The notes below the pieces were generated by a model. The model was not told where the DNA came from and ran no database searches. It saw nothing but the letters and a program-made list of their open reading frames with translations. Both the position numbers and the translations under genes were made by a program. A stretch of 64,000 nucleotides of DNA, taken from contig NC_043001.1 of the NCBI RefSeq assembly GCF_006345805.1, forward strand, positions 21,762,001 through 21,826,000, given 5' to 3'. Shown piece by piece: positions 38,429 through 53,310 of the stretch. The stretch is from Octopus sinensis (Eukaryota). Position 1 is the stretch's first letter, and every line of letters starts with the position of its first letter.

Positions 38429-38664
38429 AGGGCGTCGAGCTGGCAGAAACGTTAACACGCCGGGCGAAATGCTTCGCGGTATTTCGTCTGTCGTTACGTT
38501 CTGAGTTCAAATTCCGCCGAGGTCGACTTTGCCTTTCATCCTTTCGGGGTCGATAAATAAAGTACCAGTTTCACACTGGGGTCAATGTAATCGACTTAAT
38601 CTGTTTGTCTGTCCTTGTTTGTCCCTTCTATGTTTAGCCCCTTGTAGGTAGTAAAGAAATATAT
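38429..38664 (+). mobile_element. Nin/Deu-like SINE nested in an older opposite-strand SINE
   Basis: 13-bp TSD aatagaagacatt (38416-38428 / 38665-38677). Host SINE spans ~38340-38760 on the minus strand. Confidence 0.85.
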
Positions 38665-38879
38665 AATAGAAGACATTTGCCCAAGGTACCATACAATGGG
38701 ACTGAACCCAGAACCATGTGGCTGAGAAGTAAGTTTCTTACCTTACTGCTACACCTGAGATTATCATTATCATCTTGACACAATTTGAGCAGTGAATTTA
38801 CATATAATCTGAATAATTGCACTTCGTTAAGATATCACACAAAAAGTTCTTTAATTTAAAAAAGCTCGCTGAAACTAAG

Positions 38880-38946
38880 CACAAACAAATAAAAAAAAAA
38901 TTAAAAAATAAACAATAAAGAGTATTATTTTAAGAGAAATTTTATT
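38880..38946 (-). terminator. Candidate polyadenylation signal with downstream U/GU-rich element
   Basis: Minus strand reads aaagaAATAAAatttctcttaaaataatactc-tttattgtttattttttaattttttttttatttgtttgtg (AATAAA at 38946-38941). It coincides with the boundary where SINE density resumes. Confidence 0.45.
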
Positions 38947-39154
38947 TCTTTACTTGAAAATTACAAAATAAAATTTTAATTGTTCTAGTAATTATCCCAA
39001 ATAGGTTACCAAGTGATCAAAGCGAGAAGAATTCAATTCAAAATTAATGAAACCTAATAACTTTATTCCAGTGTTAACTCGTTTCACTCAAAATGAAAAG
39101 AATGGCAACTGTTGCATAAAATGGTCCCAAAGAAAGCAGCTGACCAAAATGCCT

Positions 39155-39445
39155 AAACCACTCTTTTGTGGCGTACCAGTGTCCAGCACTCAGTCTATTG
39201 AATGTATAAGTGGTTTGCATGTCAACCACTCAGTTCAGATAACAATTGTTTCAGCGTTCCACTGCTCATCAGTTACTTCAGTCAACACTGTTGTAGTTTT
39301 ACTGCTGCCCACTACTTAGTGAAGTTAAAATTTGTGATGGACTATTGTCCAGCACTTAGTTTAATCAACACTCTACAGTGCATTGCCATTAACGACTTAG
39401 TGTAGTTAACATTAATGCGATGTACTCTTGTCCACCACTCAGTTT
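39155..39445. repeat. Degenerate ~41-bp-period array with a conserved TGTCCA(G/C)CACT(C/T)AGT core
   Basis: Cores end at 39194, 39234, 39273, 39320, 39360, 39401 and 39443. Confidence 0.75.
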
Positions 39446-39836
39446 AGCTAACTTTTCTAATACATCAGAGGTTGATATACAAATATCGCCAGTCATAAAA
39501 TAATTATAAATAAATAAAACAAGATTTCGTTTTCATATGTTTACAACGTTTTTTTTTTATGGTTTTTTTGTTAAAAAATAATTTTTCAGTGAAATCTATA
39601 ATTGCCATACAAATGTGACATGACAATTTTCGCCATTATAGAAAAGTCACACCCCAAAATAAGGTGGAACGATTTCGTCAAAAATCCCCAGTGTAAAGTG
39701 CAATCAGTATCAGGAATAATCTAAACAAAAGCTACCATATATTTGGTTCTGTATTTTTCATAATAAATTATATAAATGATTATTACATTAATTTGGCCTG
39801 TATATATGTATATATACGCACATGCATACATATACG

Positions 39837-39884
<48 letters not shown>

Positions 39885-40329
39885 CATATATACATACATA
39901 TATACATACATATATACATACATACACGCATGCATACAAAATTCACATAATATACACATAAGACTAAACTTGAGCTACTTGAAAACTCAAAAAGCAAAAA
40001 AAAATTGAGAAATAAATTTCAGATACATATATTCATACAGAATTGACTAAAAAGAAAAAAAATTTTTTTTTTAATATATACCAAAAAGTTCACTTTTTAC
40101 CGTTTAAAACATGAATATGTTGTTTTAGGGAGGAAAAAAAAAAAAAAAAAAACCCATCTTGGTACACTGCAACTTCAAAAACATTTTGAAAGAATAACCC
40201 AAAATTGCGAGATCGGTGGGTAGGTGGCTGGCTGCTTTGATACTATCTTACAAGGTCAAGAAATACAAATAGCATTACAAAATTCCAGCAGCTCAACTAA
40301 ATATTATGCAAAGTTTATATATATATATA

Positions 40330-40367
<38 letters not shown>

Positions 40368-43300
40368 TATACATACATATATACATACATACACGCATGC
40401 ATACAAATATTCACATAATATACACATAAGACTAAACTTGAGCTACTTGAAAACTCAAAAAGCAAAAAAAAATTGAGAAATAAATTTCAGATACATATAT
40501 TCATACAGAATTGACTAAAAAGAAAAAAAATTTTTTTTTTAATATATACCAAAAAGTTCACTTTTTACCGTTTAAAACATGAATATGTTGTTTTAGGGAG
40601 GAAAAAAAACAAAAATGAAAAAAAAATAGAAAAGAAAATTATATGCCATCTTCTTACCACTCATAATATACATCAGGTCAGTCCAGTTGTTCTTTAATAT
40701 TAATATTTAAAGAGACAGTCTAAAAGAATTGAATTTGATATAACTATTTTTATTGATTTCATTTTGAATGAAGTTCTTCAAAGATAGTGGAATGTCTTTA
40801 AAGTAGAGAGAACTTGGAATGTAAAACCAGTGATTAATAGTTTGGACCATAGTTATAAATATTATGAAACTGGCAAGGAAGTGGCTCAAATATCACATTT
40901 TTTTAATAATAATAACTCAAATAATGTAGACATGGAGCAGAGAATACAAGCCTTTTAATCCATGAACTGAGAAGACGAGAGAGCTGGAACAAAATGAAAT
41001 GCTCAAGACTGTTATTGTAAAGTATACTTTCAGCAGGGTTGCAAGGGAGAAAATAAACAGTTATTAATGCATATAAAACATTTCTGAATAATAGATGTTT
41101 CTGCGAGTTTATAAACTATTTGTGCAAATCTTTTTAAAATCTTATATGTGGCAACCATTGAAAATGAATGGTGTTTTCAGAAAATATCTTGAAATTTGAA
41201 ACATGCATCAGTGACATGTAAAGGAAACTATTGTATGTTGGTGAATCAGTATCTTGTATTCATGCACAATGGAAACAAACTTACTGATTGATGAATATGT
41301 ACTAAAAATTTGCTACTTTTTCGTGATTGGGACAACAATCTAAAAGAATTTTAGAGTTTTAAGAAATGCTTATACGAAACATTTCAGAATATTTTGGCAA
41401 AGTGGATATAATTTAATTTTTGTAATTTAATAGTTTAAAAGAGGATAGATAGAAAAGAGTTATCATGAGGATTGCAGCCAAACATTAAATAGTATATATA
41501 CCTTATATAATGTAAAGATCCATATTAGATTATTATTATTAAGGACACTGACTAAAATATTGGAATGGAGAGAAATAAGAAAGAGAAACAGAATTTAAAA
41601 GAAAAATAGTTTTAATCCCTTTTATAAATATATTCTACTCTCTTTACTATTTGCACCATTGAAACGAATATAATAGAAATTATAATGATTAAGATATTTT
41701 CTATGTAATAGAGGATTTGAAATCTAAATCAAGTGATTAAAAAAGTAGCCACCGATAAGAAATGACAAGTGAACTAAAGAAAATTTTATGAAAAATGGTT
41801 CATAAAAAAGCGTGTTTTCATTTCAATAAAAATGGTGTTTAAAATGAAAGTCGATTTCTTCTTTTCATATGGAGTAACAATTAAGCTAAAATTTCTACAT
41901 TTAAAGCAACATAATTTATGGGAATAACTGAATATTATACAATTTCACTGTAACTCACAAGCCAGTTAAGCATGGAGTATTGTAATAGAGACAGAACTCT
42001 GATTGTTCTTAACATCTAACTTCATTATACCTACCCTTAATTTCACAGATATATATATGCAAACTTTTATTTAAAAAAAAGTGCAGTTAAGAAAATAAGA
42101 ACACCTAGTTTTTAACCTGAAGAATTTGTTTTAGCAGCATAATAAAAATGGAAACTGTGTTCACGGAACTTGAGAAGTTAAACAGTTTGAAAAATTGACG
42201 GATGACATTTTCATACTCAACCTCTGATGCAACAATCATTAAAAGAAAATAGAAAGAAACAAAAAATTCTACTTTTACATTTGATGAATTGTTGAAGACA
42301 AAAAAATGTCAACACAAAAAATAGCAAGCAAAACAGTGTGTTAGATATTAGCACATTCAGTTGATGTTCCTGATTCTTAGTAAAGATTAAGCATTTAAAA
42401 TACTTAAATTTGACAAGGTTTTCTTCTTTTTTTTTCACAAGCATCAGAGAGATATTGGGCTGGTGTTAAAGGTTTTGGAACAAGTCCAGTGAATAAAGTA
42501 GTTAATCTCATTTTATATTTTAAATCATTGAAAGTAAAGTAGAAAATCCAGAATGTCTAGTTTGTTTTTATGGATTGTGTAAAATGTAAGCTTCTTTTAT
42601 GACAAACACATAAAAAAAAAAAAGAGGCAACATGCAATTCTCCAAATATAATTATCAGTTTCATAAAAGTTGAAGAATTATACAAAGATCTTTACTTTGA
42701 ATAATGTATTCATTAAAACCTTGACTACTGAATTCATTCTATCTTTAAAAACTTCAATTAAAGGGGGGAAAAAATACAGAGTAAAGATAATGCTAGCACA
42801 AAGTTAAATAGAGTGGTGTTGCTTTAGAAAATATTTTATCTTCATCACAATCATAATCTAAATGTATAAGTGTTTCCTCCAAAGTATAATCAATGTTTGA
42901 TACAAATATTTTATTAATGAATGTATCATCATTGTTGTTTTAAGGAGACATCCTACAGTTTTACAGTTTAAAGCTACTATATCTTCAAACTGGACTTTGA
43001 AGAAATTTTGACACGGTGAAAATAGATAAGACTTTAAAGAGTGAAAAATATCAGAAAAACAAAAATGATCTCAATTTAAGTGAGGTTTTTTTTTAAAAAA
43101 AAAAGGAAAAATAATTAAAAGTACCAGTCCATCATTTCCAAGAATAAAAGCAATATCAACAAGTCCAAATCTCACTGAAGATGCGTACAAAAGGATATGC
43201 AAAGAGTATTTAATTGTTTTAAAACTTACTTCCTATATCGCTGTCTCTAAGCAATATTCTAAATTTATAGAATCAAATGTAACGGGAAGACTAACTGGTA

Positions 43301-46136
43301 AAGGCTGTAATTTAAAACATTGAGGAATATTTTTTCCAAAATTTATTCCTATAATCCTTGCTTTTAAAAAACCAAAAGTTTCTTAACAAGTGACAATATA
43401 AAATTAAAAAGAGATTATATTTGCTCCCTACTATATCTACACTATTATATATGCTTTATATATATATATATATATGCACAAATGAATAATACTTCTAATT
43501 TTACTCACATTCCATTACTTTACACTGAGCCCCTGCCACATATATAAAGTATAAATTGACAAAATAGTTTGGAGATATCTTTAATATAAAAACTGGTTTA
43601 TCATTATAAAACTAATCTAATACTATAGTATAATACTTATAAATCTAGCTAAAGGTAAGATATTTAGGATGCTATTTTGAGGAACACTAAAAATTAGATT
43701 TCAAAATAAATTTTAAATGAGTTCTTTTTTATAAATAAAATTCACAATACATATAAAGAAAGGATTTGTAAGTTACAAAATCCATACGCCATCAGAAAAT
43801 TATTTTCAAAGAATAATGCATTTTTATAAAATTAAATTCAGTTTTCATTTTTTTCTCTTTTTTGCTTTTTAACGTCTGTTGAAAACAGTATAAAAATGCT
43901 GCTTAGAGAGATATGGACTTGAGAAATATGCTGTGAAGCTTTAAGTTTGTGCTGGGAACTGCAATTTCACGACTGAAATCGCTTATATTCTTGTAAATCA
44001 TTCTCACATGAGAAATTGGAGGACAGGAGGAGTAATGGAATTTGCAGCCACAGAGCAATATCTATAGAACATCAATTAGTGCTAAGTGGCATTTTTTTTT
44101 TTTACAGACAACACTGCAAAAGAGTGGTATAAGTATTTGAAATAATTCTTTGAAGTGACACATGTATGTATGCAAGCATAACTACATACATACACACATG
44201 TAACTGTCGAAAACAGAGAAATAAGAGATGCAATAAACAAGTAATTTGGTGGGAGAAAAAAAAAAGGAGCTATTAGCCTTTTTTTAAATGGTAAATACTT
44301 GTTTTTTTTTCCTATTGATATGCTGCTTTGTATACATAAAATAAATATCTACATTGAAACAATGTTAACAAAACAGTCATTTGAAACCCTGTTTTTTACG
44401 AAAGAAGAAAACATAATTCAGTTGTACATTGGAAACATATCTATCTGGGCATTTATTTTTATGGAAATGAAGATGTTCGATGTCTTATAAAATAGGTAAA
44501 TGTTTATACACTGCAGAACTTGGGAATTTCTATGAAAGTTTCAATGTTTAAAACAAAGACAGAAATAAACAAAATGAGAAACTTTTTTTGAATATATTTT
44601 AAAGAAAAAAAAAATTAATAAATAAATAAATAAACAAAAGAGAAACTTGATTTGGAATTTTGTGAATTTATATATTTTAATTAATTAATTTTAGGGAAAT
44701 CTTTAAAAAAATATTTAAAGGACTAAACAGATTATTTAAGAAAAGGAAAATGTTGCTTGGTAGTATGTTGAAAATGAATGGAAATCACTACTGCAAATGA
44801 AAACAGAGATAGCAGAAATGGTAAAATGAAATGGAGAACAACTGTTTAGTTTGGCAGCAGTAGCAGCAATAACAGCAGTAACAATGAAAATAACTACCTA
44901 GATAAATAAATAAATAAATGAAATGAAACCCCACAACAATATTGGCAGTAGAACAAATCATAAAATTAACTGATTTTTATGAGTATCAATTATATATTTT
45001 TAACATTCAAGTTAACTTCAATGACAAAAATATATACCTCGTATTGTACCTTTCACCAAAGTATATCTTTGCTAACTTGCAAAATACCACTATCTTATAT
45101 ATATATATATATACTCTAGAATGTAATGTGTGTGTATAGGTTTGGTAATAAAAACAGGAGGAAAAGAAGTTCTAACAGAATATATGTATATATTTATATT
45201 TATTAGCAGTAAAGCTACACAACTTTAAACTTCATAGCTTTGCAGTTAATATATGTATGCGAGTGTGTATGTATGTATGTATGTATATACACACACTCAC
45301 ACGAGTTCAACAATCTGTATATTAAGAGTATTCGGCTCAGCAGTATCCTTAGCATACAGATAGTAGAAATATATAATATTCAGATAGATATGCATATTTA
45401 CTAAATAACATACATACATCATCAGGTGTTCAATTCTGAAAAGCTGTTAACAAATTTCATTATTAATAAGAAAAAAAAAAAAAATCTAAGAGAAGCAATT
45501 TTTCCATATTTTTTCAATCTTATTTATAAGCTTCTTTTTGAGCCAACATGTAACTCTTTGGAAGTTATGATTGAAAGTTCTTTTTAGAGTTTTATAACTG
45601 AAATCTTGGGATTATATCATTTAAATAAACCTTATTTTCTAGTGTTAAATTTTGAGGAGACCTAAAAATTTTAATTCAATTTGTTATGCTACTATTTCTA
45701 TAAATTGCTTGGAAAATCTAAAATTACTAAGGTCGCAACAGAATGATACCAAGGACAAGATTTATGGATACAGTCCATAAATCTCTACTACTATGCTCAA
45801 TGCAAGACAGTGATTCTTGGTGTGGTGTTGTGAACCAATCTCAGTTGTGGCAACTTTAAGATGAAAATACATAAACATACATACACTCACATTCATTCAA
45901 GTACTTCATGTATTATAGATGTCCATCAAGTAATGAACAGCTTATAAAATGAGAGAAACTCAGAGTAGATATGGGAACAATTTAGCTTCACATAAAGGAA
46001 TAGATTTAACTATGTTCACTGAGAACTCTTTTTTCATGTTTGTAAACCTAAGCTCACACAAGCTTACACACACATAATACATGTATTTATTATATAATAC
46101 ATTATTATATTTATTATATATGTATATATATGTATA

Positions 46137-47474
46137 TAAGGTTGGCCAAAAATTACCCGACAGTAAATCAAATTTCCATAAATACTTGATATTCAATTCA
46201 TTCCAATTATGTTTAATAATTGAATGCTGTGAGTTAATATCACTTTTTTTTTTTTTTACATTTGTCTATTTATTAGTGAAGTCTTATATAAGATAATTTT
46301 TTGTTTTAATTTAAGGTTTTTTAAACCCATAAACACGAACAAACTGACTCTACAACAGAGAATCTTTGTCACTGAAAAATACTACAAATATGGTAATGCA
46401 CAACAGGTCCGTGATTTGGATAAACGAGTATGGTGATGAAATAAATCCTCCGCATAGAGATACTATTTATCATCTACGAGATCAATTTCACAAAAACGGA
46501 ACTGTGGCAGATTTACCATGATCAGGTGGGCCACATAGTCTTAGAACCAGAAAAATGGCAGGTTCTGTGGCTACTGCTATCACACAAAGTCCACAAAAGA
46601 GTGCTGAACTTGATATTTCAAGATAGTCCCTTCTGAGAATTTTGCAAGAAAATGGCTATAAAGCATACCACCCTAAGTTAATTTATGGTCTGGTGGAGGA
46701 CAATGCAGATAGGCTACAAATATCATTGTTCATTAGCCAATTTGACAATGTTCCTGAGCTATTCAATAAGACAATGTGTGATGAAGCATCATTCACTTTA
46801 AATGGCATAATTAACCGCCACAATTATGTGATTTATGCTACTGAAAACCCACATTTGACTTACGAACAACTGAATCAGTCTGGTATCACTGTTTGGGGCG
46901 CTCTCAGTTCTGATGGGTTATTAGGCCCTTATTTTTTTTAATGAAACTGTTACTGGCAATAACTATTTTGAAATGCTGAATGAATATGTTTTTCCGCAGC
47001 TGTGAGATAGACCGGACTTTAAATACTTTGCTGTTCATGCAAGATGCTGTGCCTCCCCATTATCCCCAAAGGTACGTAATCTGTTGGACACTTCGCCTGC
47101 AGATTAGATTGGATATAGAGGGTCTATTGAGTGGGCTCCATGTTTATGTGACCTCACACCAATGGACTTTAGTAGTTGGGGAATGATGAAAGATCAAGTT
47201 TTGAAAAGAAAACCAAGGACTCTAGCTGAGTTGCAAGCTGCTATAGCAACTGAATTCAAACTAATTAATGCAAATAAGGTACTTTGTTGTACTACCTGGA
47301 ATTCTGTATAGACTCAAATGGAAAAAATGTGTCGCTCAAAGACTTCAGTTTGAACAATTTTCATGATGTTTCATATTTAGATGCTTTTATTAAATTCATT
47401 CAGCTGTTAAATATAAATAAATCTCGGAATTAAATGTTTTTGATTTACTGTCAGGTGACTTTTAGCCAACACTG
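46137..47474 (+). mobile_element. Near full-length, decayed Tc1/mariner-superfamily transposon (maT/rosa-like)
   Basis: ~35-bp TIRs (gttggccaaaaattacccgacagtaaatcaaa and its inverse) with TA flanks. Frameshifted transposase with CDEASF..NG.INRHN, TVWGALS..GLLGPYFF, QDAVPPHY and DLTPMDF motifs. Confidence 0.9.
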
Positions 47475-50400
47475 TATATATAATTTTTTGTAGAAATATA
47501 CTTGATTGTTGTAAAAGGTAACACTACAATTAACGTCATTAATTTTTAGATCAATATATGTTCCATCATACTTCAAAATGTATGATTTAAAATTTGATTT
47601 AAAGCCTTTTTTCCTTTGAGGTATCTGATAATTTAGGGGATACATAAGTTTAGCAAGTTCTCTAACATCAGTTTTTAAGCAAGCACAAACTCTCTCGAGA
47701 ATTTCGTCCAATTTTCTACTGCCCAATATTTGTTGGTTTAAGGGGTTTAAAATAATAATAACAATAAGGTATTTTTAATGAGAATTTCCAGAACACCTGT
47801 AAGTAAAATTATTAAAATGGTAAACTTTAGAAAAGTTTGCCTTTTTAACAAATTTTAACATGCTTTCAGCTACAAGTGGAACATAGTTTTGAATTCTTGA
47901 CAAATCAAACTGTAACAGTGGAGACTATTATTTCATTACATATGGCAGCTTTCAAAAGTTGTAGTTATTGTGTAAGTTATAATTAAAGTTAGTAGGTTTA
48001 AAGTATTCAACAAGTTGGAGAGAGCACTAGAGATGGCTGCAACCATAAAATTGTACATTTGCAGAGAGTTTTCTTTCTGGCATAAAAAAAAAACTAAGAA
48101 AACAAAACAAAAGTGTAATTATTTAAAAACAAAGATTTTTAAATATACCCTTTTCTTCATATTTCTTAAGTGTTTACAAGCAAGAAATATGACCAATAAA
48201 TTATTTCTATACTTAAAATATGAGCTAAGAAAAAAATGTTTAAAATCTATTTCTGAAAATTTTATTTATCAATCATTTTAGAAATGGAAGGAATTTGTAA
48301 TATAATGCTTCCTACAGCTCATAATCATCATCATCATCATCATCAATATTTTTATTATTACTCATTATTATTAATTGTTGTTGTTAAAGCATTTCATATA
48401 GATTTTTCTTTGTATAGTTAGTTCTCTAGTATTAAAAGGTCAAATAATGAGAATGAAATCTAAAACCTATCTACTTTTTTCGTAGTCCAAAATTATCTGG
48501 AAGACATTCAAATACAAGTTTTAGACCATTCGTAGTAAAGGTAAAGTTTACTATTATTTGTAGACATCATAACAAATAAGCTTTAAAATATAAACTACAA
48601 TAGAAATAAATTCCTGCTTTGAATCTAAATTTTCAACTTACTTAAAGAAGTGTAAGGGTAACATCATGTGCCTGACTGTTTGAATGCATGCCCATACTTT
48701 TTGGTTTTAGTTAACATCTAACATCATATATAATAATAATAATGAAGAAATAGTCAACTTTTACAAAAGTCTAAGTGATATGTTGCAAAAATAGATTAAA
48801 TCTAATTCTAGTTAACAATCATCACATTGTTAGTACCCGACTTGAAGACAAATTAACTTTCTTCCATTCAAAATAAAAGACTTGAATGAAAGAGATGTAG
48901 ATAGCTCAGAATCACATTTGGCTGGCTAGTTAGTCATACCCTCAACACAGAAAAGATAATAATAGTTCATAAAATCGAACAACAATAGTGTCTTTTTCCA
49001 ATGAAATATTTCAATTTTGAATACTATTATCACCAAATCTTTCTAAAGACATTGCTTTCAGGGTACTAATATCACCACTCTGTCAAAAGACAAGAACCTC
49101 AAACATGTGAAAGAATGCCTACATGTTCATAGTAAAAATGTTTCATATTTTTAAATAAAGAAAGAACAGCACCAGAGTTTAAAGCCAGTTTTAGAGCTTT
49201 CTTTATAAAATATTTTTGAAAATTAAGAAATAACATTTCTCAATTACTAATTGAAATTTGTTTTCATTGGTTAATTATCAGTTTAAACACTATACTCTTT
49301 GTTCTCATTCTATAATGTCTATTTTTAAAAATTGTTTTCCATGTATATGACACTATTGCAATAGTAATAATTCACTTTTTTTTAAACTTTGAACGATCAT
49401 TATGACAATACCATCATACTGTGTGTGCATGTGTGTGTGTTTGTGTGAGTGTGTGTACGTGTGTATATATACACACATACACACACTTTTATTTGTATAC
49501 ATACAAACCGTATTTGTATACATACACACGCATATTATATATATATATATATTCACACACACTTATATTTGTATACATACACACACGCACACTATATATA
49601 TATATGTATATATAATGTGGTTGTCTGCAGCTTAAAAATACATACATACATACATGTAGGTATATACAGTTATTTGGTCACAAATTCAATCAAGATATTT
49701 GAATAGTTGCAATCAGAAAATTTTGGTTTTGGTAAATGTAAAATATCAGTCAGTGCTTATTAAAAAATATGTTTATAAAAACACTCTCACAAGGATAAAC
49801 TTTGCATCACATTATGTGAGAGTTAGCTCACCTCTGCTGTCACTCCAACTTGTTTAATACTCAAATAAAATCCTCACTCAAGGATTTTATGCCCTGAAGA
49901 TGAAAAAAATCTTATGGAAATGAAATAAAGCAAAATTCATTTATAATGTCAAGAAAAATGCACAACCTTAAGCAGAAAATAATAGGGATGGGGCAAGTGT
50001 CTTGTTTTGTTTTTTTTTGTTTTTTTTTTCAGTTTTAATGGACAATAAAAGTAAGAAAACATTCAATAGCAATTGTATATGAAATACTTTTTTTTTTTTT
50101 AATCCTTTTACTTTTTCAAGGAAATAAATAATTAGCTGAAAACTACGAAGAGAAATTTAATGGTGAAAATTTAATTGCTCTAGAAACAATATGTATTATT
50201 AAACTATGACACTAGTAATTAATCTCTTCTTATTAACAATAATTATACAAAATGGTAAAATTTTCTCACTAGAAATGATATATTTAAAGGTTCAGAAAAA
50301 TTCAGGCTTTGAACGAAGATGCATTTGAAACAACAACCACAAGGACTAGCATAATAATTAGAATGTTTATACAGTAGTTATCTTTTTATGTTATTTCTCT

Positions 50401-53310
50401 TTTTTTAAATTTTTATTGTTATTAGTATTATCATTTTTCAGTTCAAATACCATAGTAAAATATGCCTCTCCACTTAGCAAAGTCTTTCTCTTCTATGTAG
50501 TTGTTTAAACTGTATGCTTTACTATTCCACGTTGTATTAATTGGTTGAAAGATTTAAAACTCATGAATACAATGTTTTAAAGCTTGCTTTACATGAGACA
50601 CAAATATTGTAAAACCATCATCACCATAATCATCACACAAAAAAAAAAAAATTGTCTAATAATTATTATTAATATTTATAATTATCATTATTATTAGTAT
50701 CATCATTATTATTTTCATGATAAATATTATTATTAAACATTTTCAAGGAAAAATGTAATGAATTCAGATGTGAGTTCCATTATCACCTTTTTTCTTTTCT
50801 CCTTTTTTTTTGCATCAACATATTAGATTTTAATGTTTGCTTTTTTTCCCCCAACAGAGAAGAATATTGAAACTAATAATAAAAGAGATAATCTAAGGGC
50901 AATATTAGTAGTATTTCTATATAGAAAATCAAAATCTCCTGATACCAACTTGATTAAATAAACTCCTACAAATCAATAAAAAATAGAGGTCCTAAATCAA
51001 TAAGTTTTAAAATTGATATAGGATTCATAGTAACAGAAGAAAAGCAAGCTCTGATAAATCATTAATTTATCTTTTAAGAGTGAAAACTATTTTTGAAATA
51101 CACTAATTCAAGAGAAGTCCTAGAGCTGTCTGTTTATCAATGACTGTCAGAAATACAACAAGCTAATTTTTCTGCCATGTGTATACATTATACAGGGTTG
51201 CCAGTCAGGATAATATACCTTCCTGAGAAAGGAATAGGGATTATTTCTTGTATTTTGAAACATAATAATATTTGCCAATTAATACTATGTTATTCATTCT
51301 ACCAAACCATAAATGACTCTTGCTAAGATTTACTTTAATTGTAGGTATTTCACATACTATTTATTATCTGCCTAAAACACAAAACAAATACAGTTAAAAC
51401 TAAAATGAGCAGATGTGGAAGACAAAAATGGTAATTTTTGTATGATGTTTGAAATTGTCTTCAACGCATCATTTTCTTCCTTCACGAATTGATAAATTAA
51501 ACATTGTTTTTTTTATCCTATGATGAAGGAGAAAGTAATTCTTTATCTGTATCTCATGTAATATATTTTATCTGCTTGTTTCAATGATTGCATCCAATTC
51601 ATTTTCTTCCATAAGCCTAAATATTAATCTGTATTTCATTTTTTCAAAATCCACTAATTTCTTGAAAGACAAGGTTAGACTCACATCAGATTGAAGTCAG
51701 AAGCATAAAGAAGAAAATTAGACAAGTTTTTAGTTTATCTTGCCAATATCTATGCTCAATTGTTTATGAAGAAGTTTTGATAGAAAAGAGGCTAAAACCA
51801 CTGTATATGATTTTCTAGAAATACTATCCCTTAACGCTAATGTTACTTTCAAAAAAACATATTAATGAAATACTGGCCAGATATAAAATAAGAATGAAAA
51901 CTAACAAATATCGAATTGGCTAAAATATTACAGCAATAATACTTACAAAAACATCTTTTAAATACATCTGTTTTTAAAACATCTGTTTTAAAAAAGGACG
52001 TATTTAAAATATTTTTTTAAATACAGATTTGAAAAAAATCTGTGTTTTTTTAAAATTTGTATTTAAAAAAATTTTTACCAGCATTGACAAAAGGCAACGG
52101 AAATCAGTATTTGGAAATTGTGATTAAACTTCTATGAGGTTTTCGTAAAATCACTAGAACAGTTTCCTAATCTCAATCTGATATTTTTCAATATTTCTTG
52201 ATTTAAAAAAAAAAAATTGATCCCAAATATATTTTTGTTCAAACCAAGTAAAGGCAACCCTAATATATGTATACATGTATACACATCATGTAAATAACAG
52301 CTTAAAGTGATTCTATATTATATATCACAGTTAGTTGTTAATTACCGTCTACTCCTGATGTCAAATTATCACATTGTAAACAAAAACATCATGGTATTTA
52401 ATTCTGCAAAGAGAATGTTTTATATATATATATATATTATATATATATAATATATATTATATATATTATATATATATATGTACATATATTCCAAACAAGA
52501 TGAAATGAGAACGCTGTTCCTATTTCAAGCTCAGCTATTTGTCAGATTAATCACCATAGCATCAGTTAATATCAATTCTGTATCATAAATTGATGTAATA
52601 ACTAGCCTGTTCTTCCTTTGTCTATTTATATATACATATATACACTTCTATATATACATATAAATAAACTGGGGTCTATATGCCGATTGCAGGATGATCA
52701 CACAGATCCCAAGAAAAATTGCTTTTAATAATAATAGTAATAATAATAATGATGGTAACAGCAATAATAATGACAATCAAATGAGGTTTACTAGAAATGC
52801 TCCTCACAGATAACATTTCAACAAACAATGGTATGCAGAATTGACCAACTCAAGTTTACATTTTTACAATAAACAAATTCCACCATCAAAACCGTTCTAC
52901 TCAAAGAGTAGGTTTTGTCTTCACTGAACCAATAGATGAAAGAAAAAAAAACATTTAAGTAGAAGTTAAGCCACAAATAAACAAGATTTACAAAGTTAAG
53001 TTGGGAAAAAGAAAGGAAACACTAAGCAAAATTATGGAAAGTTCTACATACCTCTTAATATACATGTTGCATGCATACATATATATATATATATATACAT
53101 GAATGTGTGTGTATTCATATATATCTATACATACATAAAAAGTATATATAGTATATAAATTTATATATAATATAAATATATATGCACATATAAATATGCA
53201 TATATAAATATATGGATATATACTGTATATGTATTATATGTATATAATATACAGACACACACATCCATACATACATACATATATAGTATATAGGTGTATG
53301 TAAGTGTGTG

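Noticed and set aside
39300-39322. miR-252-like miRNA gene
   Set aside because: Only the first 9 nt resemble miR-252b as I recall it, and no precursor hairpin could be built around it.
39155-39445. CRISPR-like repeat-spacer array
   Set aside because: Eukaryotic context, no cas genes, cores only ~15 nt and degenerate, and the spacers are mutually homologous (decayed tandem repeat).
51192-52261. hAT-like element from cagggttgcc ... ggcaacccta termini
   Set aside because: Only ~9-bp inverted termini, no TSD and no recognisable internal homology; not enough support to list as a feature.
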